A DNA stretch of 61,461 nt, the filler included, from Candidatus Nezhaarchaeota archaeon WYZ-LMO8 (lineage in GTDB: Archaea; Thermoproteota; Methanomethylicia; Nezhaarchaeales; WYZ-LMO8), in assembly GCA_004347965.1 (NCBI GenBank). It is 7 parts of 7 records of this genome, joined end to end, with 100 filler letters (N's around TTAATTAATTAA, not from the genome) between each part and the next. Parts side by side here need not be neighbours in the genome. Positions count along the whole stretch, not along the records: positions 1 to 9,482 come from QNVF01000040.1; positions 9,583 to 18,934 come from QNVF01000041.1; positions 19,035 to 28,119 come from QNVF01000042.1; 4 more parts are not named here. The stretch is one strand, 5' to 3'. Every line of letters starts with the position of its first letter. The first letter of the stretch is position 1. The notes beneath the pieces are model-generated. The model ran no database searches and had not been told where the DNA came from. It saw nothing but the letters and a program-made list of their open reading frames with translations. Shown piece by piece: positions 8,771 through 19,064 of this stretch. The position numbers and the translations under genes are program-made.

Positions 8771-8966
8771 TTTAACCTTTTTCTAGTGATGGCTGCTCGC
8801 TACGGCACTCCTAGTATTCCTTCATTACACGCTGAATAACTGGAGGCCCTCATAGGGGTTGATGAGTACCTTCATTAAGGAGCACCTCAAAGAAATCGAA
8901 GTAGGATCTCTGAGCGGAAATGCGATGAGAGTGTTGCGACGCATTCACGACCTAGAAGCTGCTAGG

Positions 8967-9482
8967 TTATGGCTCTCTCATCGAGAGACCAGCTTCTTCA
9001 GGAATTTCATCGACGTAATTAATGTCTAGAACATCTCCCGTCCAATCGATATTCGGCTCTGTTGTATTCAGCCCTGTTGGATAGGTGGTGGTTGAAGAGG
9101 AGCTTATGCTCGCTGCATTAAGGTTCAACTCGATGGGGTAGTAGACGCAGACGCCTTCTCCACCTGGGAGGGTGGAGTATTCTAGGAGCATGTACAGCGT
9201 AGCGGACCTATCTGTGCTGGGGAAGTAGGCTGATAGCACGGCGTTAATATTTGAGCTGGGCTTTATCTCAATCCAGCTAGTTAAGTTTGAGGTGGCTACT
9301 CCGTTCACTATCGTGATGTTCGTTGTCGTGTATGATTGGGGGCTAATCAAGCTAATGTTTGCGTACAACTGATCTAATATGCTCTGCGAGCTAAGAATGA
9401 GGCGAGCATAGTAGGATTTAGAGTCTACGTTCACTGCTCTAACGAATATGGCTGATGTAGTTGCTAGAGAGCTAGCTGAGAT
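8967..9482 (-). CDS. Hypothetical Ser/Thr/Asn-rich protein, probably extracellular (5' end lost at contig edge)
   Basis: Open frame up to the gap; several N-x-S/T sequons. Confidence 0.55.
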   Translation of the reverse strand: MSASSLATTSAIFVRAVNVDSKSYYARLILSSQSILDQLYANISLISPQSYTTTNITIVNGVATSNLTSWIEIKPSSNINAVLSAYFPSTDRSATLYMLLEYSTLPGGEGVCVYYPIELNLNAASISSSSTTTYPTGLNTTEPNIDWTGDVLDINYVDEIPEEAGLSMREP

Positions 9483-9582
9483 NNNNNNNNNNNNNNNNNN
9501 NNNNNNNNNNNNNNNNNNNNNNNNNNTTAATTAATTAANNNNNNNNNNNNNNNNNNNNNNNNNNNNNNNNNNNNNNNNNNNN
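9483..9582. other. Artificial contig spacer
   Basis: N44-TTAATTAATTAA-N44 (stops in all six frames). Confidence 0.99.
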
Positions 9583-10278
9583 GAGGTTTACGTCGGCACT
9601 TCTGGTTGGCTTTACGATTGGAATGTTGATGGTAGTCTCAATTGGTATGTGAATGAATCTGGACTTAATGCTGTTGAGCTAAATGCCTCCTTCTATAGAT
9701 TTCCGTTTCCAAGTCAGGTGGCTTCTTGGGCTAAGAGAGGTGGGAGGATTAAGTGGGCTATCAAGGTTACTAGGCTTATAACCCACGTTAAGAGGTTGAA
9801 GAAGGACTCGCTCCCTACTTGGAGTAAGTTTAGGAGGCTCTTTAGCTCGATGGACCACATAATCGACTTCTACTTGTTTCAGCTTCCACCAAACTTTAAG
9901 AAGACATGTGAAAACATTGAGAGGTTGAAGATTTACGCTGAAGAGACCAATCTAGGCCCTAGGTTTGCAGTAGAATTTAGAGATGATTCCTGGTTCAACA
10001 ATGAAGTTGTGAAGCTTTGCGAAGAATTGGGGATAACAATCGTATCTATGGATTCCCCAATAGGCACATGGATAGCTAGAAGTAGCGATGCCATCTATCT
10101 TAGGATGCATGGGCGTGATGTTTGGTATGCCTATGACTACGATGAGCTTGAGCTTGAAGAAGTAGCTACTAAACTTGTATCTCTAAAGCCAAGGAGAGTA
10201 TACGTCTTCTTTAATAATGATCACTGGATGCTTGATAACGCCAGAACCATGTTTAACATTCTTAGAAGGTTGCAGTAA
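9583..10278 (+). CDS. DUF72 family protein (start lost in gap)
   Basis: VYVGTSGW, VELNASFYRFP, LFQLPP, AVEFRDDSW, YLRMHGR, YVFFNND. Confidence 0.9.
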   Translation, partial: EVYVGTSGWLYDWNVDGSLNWYVNESGLNAVELNASFYRFPFPSQVASWAKRGGRIKWAIKVTRLITHVKRLKKDSLPTWSKFRRLFSSMDHIIDFYLFQLPPNFKKTCENIERLKIYAEETNLGPRFAVEFRDDSWFNNEVVKLCEELGITIVSMDSPIGTWIARSSDAIYLRMHGRDVWYAYDYDELELEEVATKLVSLKPRRVYVFFNNDHWMLDNARTMFNILRRLQ

Positions 10279-10361
10279 ATCCATGACCTTCAATCTTGCT
10301 GATACGAAATCTCAGTTAAATAGTGACTCTAGGAAGTTTTTTATGATTTTTCAAGTAAATT

Positions 10362-11165
10362 GTGCATGGGGAGTTCTGCGTGGGGCTTGACGTGATAATA
10401 TTAGCAGGAGGCTTTGCAAAGAGATTGAGACCCATATCAGACGTTATGCCCAAGCCCCTACTACACATAAATGGAGTACCCCTGCTAAACCATGTTTTAG
10501 AGAAGATTCTGGAGATAGATTACAATAGGATAATAATTTCAACTAATAAGAAGTTTGAGGGATCATTTAGGTACTGGATGAAAACTCTTGAGACAGTCTA
10601 CGAGAAAATTAAGATATTCTTGTCGGTTGAACCATCACAATCAGAAGAGGAAAAGTTTGGTGCTGTAGGTGGTCTCTCCTACACCATAAAGTTGTTTAAC
10701 GTCGATAACTCTGGGCATGACCTCTTAGTCATCTTGGGAGATAACCTCTTCGACTTCGACTTGAAGGGGTTTGTGAGCTACGGAGCGAGATTAAATAGGA
10801 TTGTTATAGGGGCTTACAACGTAAAAGACCCTGATGTAGCGAAAAAGTATGGCGTTATAGAAGTTGATGAAAACCGTAGGGTTACATCTTTCCTTGAGAA
10901 GCCTGAAAAACCCTCCTCAACACTGATATCGGTGGGGATATACTACGTACCCAACAGGTTCATACAGAAGATCGATGAGTTCCTAGGACTCCAGAAGTAT
11001 AGAGATGCAGTAGGCAAGTTCTTTGAGTGGCTTTCTAAGAACACTGAGGTGTATGCATACGAGTTCACTGGTTACTGGGCTGACATAGGGACTCCAGAAT
11101 CCTATTTAGAGGCGAATAGGTGGGCTAGTGAGAGGAACTTGGGGAGAAGATGGCAATGGCCTTAA
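10362..11165 (+). CDS. Sugar-phosphate nucleotidyltransferase
   Basis: ILAGGFAKRLRP..PKPLL, LGDNLF, EKP, WADIGT. Confidence 0.88.
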   Translation: MHGEFCVGLDVIILAGGFAKRLRPISDVMPKPLLHINGVPLLNHVLEKILEIDYNRIIISTNKKFEGSFRYWMKTLETVYEKIKIFLSVEPSQSEEEKFGAVGGLSYTIKLFNVDNSGHDLLVILGDNLFDFDLKGFVSYGARLNRIVIGAYNVKDPDVAKKYGVIEVDENRRVTSFLEKPEKPSSTLISVGIYYVPNRFIQKIDEFLGLQKYRDAVGKFFEWLSKNTEVYAYEFTGYWADIGTPESYLEANRWASERNLGRRWQWP

Positions 11166-11203
11166 CTTAAGCCTAAATGCTTTTAAATCTACTACAGCAG
11201 TGA

Positions 11204-11947
11204 TCATGGAGTGAACTTAAGCTTACTGAGCTCAGGGAGCTCGTAGACCCCAGCTTTAGGCTCGATGATTATCAGCTTGAAAGAGTCTACTTCCACTTGG
11301 TCTCTCAGTATTGGAGAGAGGAGGAGGCTTTGAGGAGTCTCATTAATTGTGGAACCACTAGCCAATGGCGAGAGGGCTGGCAGTACTATTACCGTGACGT
11401 TATTTAAGACGCCTTTTAAGAAGCACTTGAACTTCCTTTTAACTCCAAGGTTATCCTTAATTGCTATTGCTGGATGCTCATGTCCCATCAAGAGAACCTC
11501 AACGCTTTTAGGTACTTCTTCTAAAGGCTTGTGTCCGTGAACCATTGCGTAACGGTCTTCAATCATTATGGGATCGTGAAGCTCAGCCCCATACTTCTTC
11601 AGCATTGCTATTATGTAGTTGTCGTGGTTTCCTCTAACGACGTGAATCTTGAGATTGTTGCTTGAGAGCCACGTAAGCAAGTCCTTGACCTCGATCCACT
11701 CTTGACTTGATGGCACTCCAAATTCATGCTTGACGTCACCCAACACGATTATGCTCTCTGGTTTAACCTCTTCAATCATCTCATATATCATCTGCTTTGT
11801 CTTGACGTATGTGGACCTCGGTATGTAAACCCCCTGCTTCTGGAGGGCCTGCTCGTAGCCTATGTGTAGGTCTGTAATCACCAATACTCCTCTATCTCTT
11901 AAGTAAAGACCTGGTAGATCACTCACCACTTCAATGCTCTTTGACAC
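11204..11947 (-). CDS. Metallophosphoesterase (type often linked to Lhr)
   Basis: DLHIG, GDVKH, GNHD, HGH, GHEHP; start moved to GTG 11947. Confidence 0.88.
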   Translation of the reverse strand: MSKSIEVVSDLPGLYLRDRGVLVITDLHIGYEQALQKQGVYIPRSTYVKTKQMIYEMIEEVKPESIIVLGDVKHEFGVPSSQEWIEVKDLLTWLSSNNLKIHVVRGNHDNYIIAMLKKYGAELHDPIMIEDRYAMVHGHKPLEEVPKSVEVLLMGHEHPAIAIKDNLGVKRKFKCFLKGVLNNVTVIVLPALSPLASGSTINETPQSLLLSPILRDQVEVDSFKLIIIEPKAGVYELPELSKLKFTP

Positions 11948-12483
11948 CACGAAGCACACAATGAAGCACCCACGTAGCCAGCTGTAAAAGTAGATGTATT
12001 CAATACTATTATGCATTAATGAACATATGTTAAAGTAATCATGGAGTTCGAGTAGATAAGGTGGTAGATCGAGCATTTAGTGCTTAGAAATGTTGGTGAA
12101 TAATGTTCTTAGAAAATTGTCATGCTTTCACAATAATTTGCTTATTGCGCTCATACTTCTCTCGGATTCTCCAAGCACACTCCCTTCCGGTACACACCTA
12201 TTACGCACTACCAGTCAATTACAATTGCGGGCTAGTGTCAATGCAGTATCCATTTAGTCTTAGGTTTGGATAGTTAAGAAAGCTAAAGAGTAATATAAGG
12301 AATAGATAATACTGCTACGAACGCTACACTTAAATGCTTACTTTAATCACTTCAAACTTCATGAAAAACCAATGCTCTACGTCACTACACGTTCACGTCG
12401 GCAGCTTAGTTGTCGATAACTATACCCCTATAAAAAGTGTTAAAGGTTCTCTAAAAAGTGGGTATCCCTTAGGAGGCACATAA

Positions 12484-13728
12484 GTGCTACTAGATCCTGT
12501 TTCATCCTTAGTTCTGACCTTTTGCCTTCTAGGCTTCCTTCTTTACAAAAAGGTTAGCGTAGGCTTAGTGCTGGTGATAGCACCAATTCTCCTAGCTTTG
12601 CTAACCCTCAAGCCAGCAGATGCCTTAATGGTGCTTTATGATGTTATTGACCCATATAGTCAAAGCGGCTTATTCGCCTTACTAATTATGACGTCAACGT
12701 TCTTCATAGCATGGCTAAGTTACTTATATGATGATTGTGGAGAGGTAAGAAATCTTGGTGATAGCTTAAACAGGTTCACTAAAAGAACAGGTCTCCTCCT
12801 AGCCCTATCTCCAGCAATCATGAGTCTCCTTCCAATAGCTGGTGGTGCCTTGCTTTCAGCTCCCATAGTGAGCTCACTAATTAAGGACTCCAATTTGTGC
12901 CCCGCAAGAGGAAGCTACATAAACCTCTGGTTTAGACATGTTCCAGTTCTAGTCTATCCATTAGCTCAATCAATTATTCTTGCTTCAGCTCTAACCGGTA
13001 CGCCACTCTTCATTGTAATATTGTTTCAGACACCGGTTGTAGTAGTAATGACTGTTGTGGGCTACTTCTTAGGCTTGAGGGGAGGCACATATAGAAAAGT
13101 TGAAGAATTAACGTGGAATCGCGGGGATGTAAAGATTCTCGTTAAGTCCATCTTACCGATAGCATCAGCTACAGCATTAGCCATAACTTTAAGCATTACG
13201 TGGAAGGGTCTGGTGCAGCAGGGCTTAAGTCTTCTTGTAGCGTCAGTCACTGGCATAATTGTGTTAATCACGATATCTCGTATGGCTCGCAAGATCATTG
13301 GAAAGTCTTTATTAAAGTGGGGCATATATGATGTGACGCTAGCGACTTATGGAGCCTTTCTCTTCCAAAACGTCATGACGATTGCTGGTATACCTAGCGT
13401 GCTCAAGCCATTAGCATTGAGTAGCACAAGCGAATTACCACTGCTAGCTTCAATGCCCCTTCTCCTCAGCTTCTTGATGGGCTCAGTCATCAGCTCACTA
13501 ACAATATCGACGTCAATGCTCGCCGGTACCATAGAGTTTACGCCAAAGATGGTAATGCTCCTCTACACATCTTCCTTCTTAGGATATGTAATCTCACCGC
13601 TACACCTCTGCTTAGTTTTCACATTAAAGTACTTCAATACAACGCTATACGAATTCTATAAATATGCAATCCCATCAACAGTGATGACGTACTTAGCGAC
13701 CCTTCTATTCTACTTCATCCTACCATAA
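12484..13728 (+). CDS. DUF401-like multi-pass membrane protein
   Basis: LLPIAGGALLSAP, NLWFRH, SPLHLCL motifs. Confidence 0.75.
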   Translation: MLLDPVSSLVLTFCLLGFLLYKKVSVGLVLVIAPILLALLTLKPADALMVLYDVIDPYSQSGLFALLIMTSTFFIAWLSYLYDDCGEVRNLGDSLNRFTKRTGLLLALSPAIMSLLPIAGGALLSAPIVSSLIKDSNLCPARGSYINLWFRHVPVLVYPLAQSIILASALTGTPLFIVILFQTPVVVVMTVVGYFLGLRGGTYRKVEELTWNRGDVKILVKSILPIASATALAITLSITWKGLVQQGLSLLVASVTGIIVLITISRMARKIIGKSLLKWGIYDVTLATYGAFLFQNVMTIAGIPSVLKPLALSSTSELPLLASMPLLLSFLMGSVISSLTISTSMLAGTIEFTPKMVMLLYTSSFLGYVISPLHLCLVFTLKYFNTTLYEFYKYAIPSTVMTYLATLLFYFILP

Positions 13729-13793
13729 TCTATCAAGATTTATGCTTGATGTGAACTTGACTTAAAACCTAGAACTAGATGTTTAATGAGGCT

Positions 13794-16439
13794 CTACATG
13801 ATGTTTGCTCTCTGGATCCTCTCCATGACTTGATCGTATAGTCTCTGCATTAACACTCTCCTATCGTCCATTAGGACCACGTCACTCAATCCTTGAAGCA
13901 CCAAGCCGTGAGCGAATGGTGACGGTAGATCGTAGGTTGGCATCACATAGAACCTTCTAAGACCCAACTCAACTTCCCTAAGAACCTCCTCGGCCGTCTT
14001 GACGTCCATTAGGTCTTCAAGAACCTCTCTATAAGTCTCTTCTAGTACTGGGAAGTTCTCTATGTCCTCCACGACGTCCATGAGCACCTGCGCGTTAAAG
14101 ATCTGCCTGCTTACTTTAACCTCTTTACCCTTGTAGTTCCTAAGTATCATGAAGGCTCTCGTAGCACAATGCCTAAACCTCCTTCTAACCATCTCAGTAT
14201 ACTTGACTGCTTTTCGAAGGGTCTCTCTTAAATTGCTGGAATTCACGGCGCTAAGTAGAAGCTCCACGTTGTGTAGCATTCTTCTAGGCAGCGTTAAGAT
14301 GAAGCCTGTATCTCCAACTGTTACTGCAACGTTGACTCCAAGCATCTTCATGAGGGCGTAGGCGTAAGCCCTTGAGAGGGCGTCGTTAACTCTCCTACCA
14401 AAGACGCAGTGAAATATTATGTTCTGCCTGCTCTCAGGGTCTATATAGTCCTCGATTAGTATCACGTTGTTACTCGGTCTAACCTCTACCCTAAGCATCT
14501 TTAAGAATGATAGCATTGAAGTGAAGTACGTGTAAATCGAGTTCGCAGCCCTCTTATCGCACTTGTACTCCTCCATTAAATACTTCAAGGTCTTTGTCTT
14601 AGGCTCTTTCTCCACTAGCTGAAACATCTCCTCCCTAAACTTCCCTATGGCTTCTCCAAGATCGAAGCTTAATGGTAGCATTTCTGAGAACCACGATGGA
14701 ACTGTAGGCTTAACACCCTCCTTGGGAGTAACGTATGCCTTAAGACCGATGGAGTACCTGAACTCATACGGCTTGCCTCCCAGTATGAAGACGTCACCTG
14801 GACTAAGTCTCTCAAGAAACTCCTCCTCTATTAAGCCCACCCACCTGCCATCAAGCGTGAAGACCTTAACCGCCACTTCATCGGGAATTGTCCCAACATT
14901 GGTGGAATATATGAGCCTTAACAAGGGCCCCCTCCTCCCGAAAACCTCCTCCTCGTCGTCGTACCATATCTTCCCGTAGACCTTATAGACCTCAAGCGTT
15001 GAGTACCATCCACTCAAGTACTTCAAGACCGATTGGAAGCTTTCATAAGGCAAGTTTCGATAGCAATAGCTCCTCTTAACTAGCTTGTAAGCTTCTTTAA
15101 CTGACCACTTCTTCTCCAAAGCCATTCCAACTATGTGTTGAGCTAAGACGTCTAAGCAGTTCTCCGGTATGTAGACTCTATCGAGTCTCCCCTTGTAGGC
15201 CTCAGATACCATGACCGCATCTTCAACTAGATCGTCCATTTCCATGCCTATTAAAATGCCCTTTGAGACCTTATCAAGAGCATGTCCAGATCTACCCACT
15301 CTTTGTAGGCAACGAGAGATGGATTTTGGAGATCCTATTTGAGCTACCAGGTCTATGTAGCCTATGTCTATGCCTAGCTCGAGCGATGTGCTGCACACCA
15401 CTGCCTTCATCTTGCCCTCCTTAAGCCTATCCTCAACACTCCTCCTAATTTCTCTTGAGAGACTACTATGGTGGGCTGCAAGTTCATCACCGTCCACAAC
15501 TTTTAACTTTGAGAGGTGGTAGACGACTCTTTCAGTTCCACTTCGAGTATTAGTGAACACTAGTGTTGTCGTGTGGGACCTTATGAGCCTCTTGAGAAGA
15601 TTATACATTCTACTTGTTGTGATAGATGCTGGAGCATGTATTAAATCGTCTACTGGGCACACGACTTTAAGGTCTATAGCCTTGACGAACCTAGTATCAA
15701 CTACCACGCAATCTCTTGGAGTTCCATCATCGCTGTAGCCTACTAGAAACTGAGCTACGATCTCAAGTGGATGTATTGTTGCTGAAAGCCCTATCCTCAC
15801 AAAGGGTCTTCCAACAAGCTCTTGAAGTCTCTCAAGGCTTAAAGTTAGGTGAACCCCTCTCTTTGAGCTGCAGAGCTCGTGTATCTCATCTACTATAACC
15901 CACTTAACGGTCTTAAGCTTCTGCCTAAACTTTGGAGCACACAATATTATTGCTAAACTTTCGGGGGTTGTGATGAGTATGTGAGGGGGTCTTCGAAGCA
16001 TTGAAGCTCTTTCAGATTGAGTGGTATCTCCAGTTCTCACAGCAACCCTTATCTCGCCTACGTTCACTCCCTTAGCCTTAGCAAGCTCCTGTATCTCCTC
16101 TAGAGGCTTCTTGAGGTTCTTGTATATGTCGTAGTTTAAAGACCTTAAAGGAGAGACGTATACGCAGTAAACGCTGTCTTGAAGCTCTCCACTCCTAGCC
16201 ATCTTGAAGAGCTCGCTTATGATGCTTATGAAAGCTGCCAGAGTCTTACCACTACCAGTTGGCGAAGCTATAAGCACGTTCTTTCCCTCGTATATGTGGA
16301 CGATTGCGTACCTTTGAGGAGGCGTTATGTCTGGAAAGCGAGAAAACCACTCAGCAACTACGGGATCAAGTAGCTTGAGAACTTCCTCCTTAGTGTAGCT
16401 CCTAGTGGCTTTGATTATCAACTTTGACCCCGAGCTCAC
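13794..16439 (-). CDS. lhr: Lhr-family ATP-dependent SF2 helicase
   Basis: SPTGSGKT, TTPESL, DEIH, GLSAT, SLELGIDIG, QRVGRSGH, PSPFAH. Confidence 0.93.
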   Translation of the reverse strand: MSSGSKLIIKATRSYTKEEVLKLLDPVVAEWFSRFPDITPPQRYAIVHIYEGKNVLIASPTGSGKTLAAFISIISELFKMARSGELQDSVYCVYVSPLRSLNYDIYKNLKKPLEEIQELAKAKGVNVGEIRVAVRTGDTTQSERASMLRRPPHILITTPESLAIILCAPKFRQKLKTVKWVIVDEIHELCSSKRGVHLTLSLERLQELVGRPFVRIGLSATIHPLEIVAQFLVGYSDDGTPRDCVVVDTRFVKAIDLKVVCPVDDLIHAPASITTSRMYNLLKRLIRSHTTTLVFTNTRSGTERVVYHLSKLKVVDGDELAAHHSSLSREIRRSVEDRLKEGKMKAVVCSTSLELGIDIGYIDLVAQIGSPKSISRCLQRVGRSGHALDKVSKGILIGMEMDDLVEDAVMVSEAYKGRLDRVYIPENCLDVLAQHIVGMALEKKWSVKEAYKLVKRSYCYRNLPYESFQSVLKYLSGWYSTLEVYKVYGKIWYDDEEEVFGRRGPLLRLIYSTNVGTIPDEVAVKVFTLDGRWVGLIEEEFLERLSPGDVFILGGKPYEFRYSIGLKAYVTPKEGVKPTVPSWFSEMLPLSFDLGEAIGKFREEMFQLVEKEPKTKTLKYLMEEYKCDKRAANSIYTYFTSMLSFLKMLRVEVRPSNNVILIEDYIDPESRQNIIFHCVFGRRVNDALSRAYAYALMKMLGVNVAVTVGDTGFILTLPRRMLHNVELLLSAVNSSNLRETLRKAVKYTEMVRRRFRHCATRAFMILRNYKGKEVKVSRQIFNAQVLMDVVEDIENFPVLEETYREVLEDLMDVKTAEEVLREVELGLRRFYVMPTYDLPSPFAHGLVLQGLSDVVLMDDRRVLMQRLYDQVMERIQRANIM

Positions 16440-16672
16440 GATAGGTTAGTGATAGGTCTCTCTTAACCTTGCTGTATATGCTCGATGAGACGGGTTAAGA
16501 ATTAAAGTGTTGAAACCTCCATTTCCATTGGACTGTGGAAAGTAGAGTTTACGCCTAACCTTTAAGCTATGGCCTTGCCACTTACATCATTTACACTTTT
16601 GCTGTACACTTTTACTTAAAGCAGCTTCAGATTTACTAAAGATCCTTTAAACCAGGTATAGAAATTGGAAGG

Positions 16673-16996
16673 TCACTTCTTCATGAGCCCTATTATTGCA
16701 CCGACTACGAAGCCTATGCTTACAGGTCCTATGCTCATTAATCCTAGCACCACTGCGAGCTCCTTGACTGCCTGAAGTGCAGTACCAATAGTTTGCAAAG
16801 CTTGTGCAGGGGTTAGTCCAAGGCTCCATACTGATAAGAAGGTTCCTAGGACTAGGATTGCTATGAAGGCTAGTATGTACTTCAGAGCTTTAACTGATAC
16901 ATATCCTAATGCTAGACCTAGGAGGAACTGTACTGCCACAGCTGCTAGCACTTGGGGTTGTGAGAATATCAATGGTAAGTTTTCAAGTATGGACAT
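16673..16996 (-). CDS. Small membrane protein
   Basis: GGAGGTG RBS; three hydrophobic helices. Confidence 0.8.
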   Translation of the reverse strand: MSILENLPLIFSQPQVLAAVAVQFLLGLALGYVSVKALKYILAFIAILVLGTFLSVWSLGLTPAQALQTIGTALQAVKELAVVLGLMSIGPVSIGFVVGAIIGLMKK

Positions 16997-17234
16997 AACT
17001 TTACACCTCCTAAGAGTGTCAAGAACGTGGATCTTATAAGCCTTGTTAAGAATATGATCGTGGAACTTCGTAGAACTTCTTACTAAAGCTTTATCTTTTA
17101 AGGGAAGCTTAGCTAAGCACGATAAATGAGCAATGACCCTCTAACCTGCATAACCTCGATCCCTAGGATGACTCACAGAAAAACCTTTTAAGACACCATC
17201 TTGCTGAAATCCCATATCCTTAAAGGTGAAGGCT

Positions 17235-17483
17235 ATGAGTATTGAAAAGAAGTATGCTTTAGAGACGGTCAAAGAAGTAGTAAAGTGCTTAAGCGAAAAC
17301 GTAAACAATGGTCTAAGTGACAATTGCAAGAAATGTAGTAAAAAAGAGCTGTGCGACTCTCTTTACGACCTCATTATATGCGGTTATCGTATGTGTAGTG
17401 ATCTAATGCATGGGGCGGTAATGCACACAATACTCGAAATTGAGAGGACTGAGAGAGATTTAAAGGACCAGGCATCCTTATAA
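17235..17483 (+). CDS. Small Cys-rich hypothetical protein
   Basis: AGGTGA RBS; CxxC..C cluster. Confidence 0.55.
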   Translation: MSIEKKYALETVKEVVKCLSENVNNGLSDNCKKCSKKELCDSLYDLIICGYRMCSDLMHGAVMHTILEIERTERDLKDQASL

Positions 17484-17485
17484 GT

Positions 17486-18562
17486 TCACTTTTTAAGTGC
17501 TCTCTCAACTCCGTAAGCTATGATTTCGGATGCTGACTGTACGTCTTTTAAATTCACAAGTTCAACGGTTGTGTGCATATACCTTAATGGTATTGATATG
17601 AGCATGGACTTCAAGCCTGTTCTCGCTAGCTGAAGAACATCTAGATCCGTTCTCGTTTTTCCAGCTTCAGGACCCACTTGAAATGGTGTACCTCTACTCT
17701 TAGCCTCATTCTCAAAGAGCATTGAGAGAGACCAAGGTATTGGAGGACCTCTCGATATTACAGGGCCATGTCCAAGCTTTATTGGGCACTCTTTCTCTTC
17801 CAGCCCGGGGTAACCGCCTGCATGCGTTACATCGACTGCTACAGCGAGCCCGACACCTTCTTGGTGAAGCTTATATCCAGCGACAGTAGCACCTCGAGCT
17901 CCAACTTCTTCTTGAGCTGTGAAGACTGCGTAATGCTCGACACCCAACTCAGTTAAAATCTTGGATGCTAGGATCACTGCTACGCAGCCAGCTCTATCAT
18001 CGAAGCCTCTCGAAGCCATGATTGTTGACTTGCCTCTGGGTATTAGCACTAAGTCCTTACGTAAGTGAGCTGGGTCTCCTACCTTAATCAATTTCTCCAC
18101 TTCATCTCTGCTATTCAAACCTACATCCACAAACATGTCCTGTATTTTAGGTGCCTTCTCCCTTTCTTCAGGTCTAAGGTAGTGAATGGGCTTTGAGCCT
18201 ATAACTCCTAAGATAGCTCTATCCCTCCATTCCAATCCTTCAAGATCACTTCCACTACCGTAGATAACCACTACCTCACCGAGCAGTATCCTTTCATCCC
18301 ACCCTCCAATAGGTTCAATATACACTAAGCCGTTCTCCACAACGCTCTTGACCGTGAAGCCCAGCTCATCCATGTGAGCTATAAGTGCTACCTTAGGCTT
18401 ACCTCCAACCTTAACATAAAGGTTCCCGAGTTCGTCCACCTCAAATGATGCTTGAGGTATCATCACCTTAAACATTCCTTCTATCTCGCTCTTAATAGGA
18501 TCTTCCCAACCAGAGACTCCAGGAGCTAGGGTTAAGGTTCGCAACATGCTTAGAGAGTCCAT
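17486..18562 (-). CDS. M42-family (TET-like) metallo-aminopeptidase
   Basis: AHMDE, DDRAG, QEEVG, AVDVT, PLRYMH. Confidence 0.92.
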   Translation of the reverse strand: MDSLSMLRTLTLAPGVSGWEDPIKSEIEGMFKVMIPQASFEVDELGNLYVKVGGKPKVALIAHMDELGFTVKSVVENGLVYIEPIGGWDERILLGEVVVIYGSGSDLEGLEWRDRAILGVIGSKPIHYLRPEEREKAPKIQDMFVDVGLNSRDEVEKLIKVGDPAHLRKDLVLIPRGKSTIMASRGFDDRAGCVAVILASKILTELGVEHYAVFTAQEEVGARGATVAGYKLHQEGVGLAVAVDVTHAGGYPGLEEKECPIKLGHGPVISRGPPIPWSLSMLFENEAKSRGTPFQVGPEAGKTRTDLDVLQLARTGLKSMLISIPLRYMHTTVELVNLKDVQSASEIIAYGVERALKK

Positions 18563-18758
18563 GCGTGGTCACCGATAAGTTCAAGTTAGTATTCAAGGCT
18601 ATGTCTCCAATAGCTTAAATATTTTCAATGAGGATAGCTATTAAGCCTATGCCAACTAGCCTTCATAACGATTGTATCGTTGCTCAAGCTTTTAACTATG
18701 GTTAGACCTCTTTAAACCGCTAGCTATGAAGACGTATATTGAATCTTAAAAATGTCGA

Positions 18759-18934
18759 TTAGATGAAGCCAGGTTCTAACTTTTCTACCTCTCGATACTC
18801 TTCAAGTCTAACACAGCCTAGCTTTATTACTCTGACCTGCTCTACATTTCTTAATGGCGTTGAGATCGAGACTCTCATAGCTTTAAAGTCTATGCTCTTC
18901 AATATCCCTATATCGAGAAAACTGCTCTTCTCAC
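18759..18934 (-). CDS. C-terminal fragment, probably Clp1-type polynucleotide 5'-kinase
   Basis: Manual translation ...FLDIGILKSIDFKAMRVSISTPLRNVEQVRVIKLGCVRLEEYREVEKLEPGFI*. Confidence 0.5.
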
Positions 18935-19034
18935 NNNNNNNNNNNNNNNNNNNNNNNNNNNNNNNNNNNNNNNNNNNNTTAATTAATTAANNNNNNNNNN
19001 NNNNNNNNNNNNNNNNNNNNNNNNNNNNNNNNNN
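18935..19034. other. Artificial contig spacer
   Basis: N44-TTAATTAATTAA-N44. Confidence 0.99.
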
Positions 19035-19064
19035 CTTACCTAGGAAGGCTTAAGATAAATGTCT

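Noticed and set aside
17128..17174. Weak C/D-like pattern (CAATGA...ATGA with GAG/CTC ends)
   Set aside because: No credible internal D'/C' boxes
18200..18270. About 10-aa insertion in the M42 peptidase as another mRNA intron
   Set aside because: No stop codon and no BHB-like fold found
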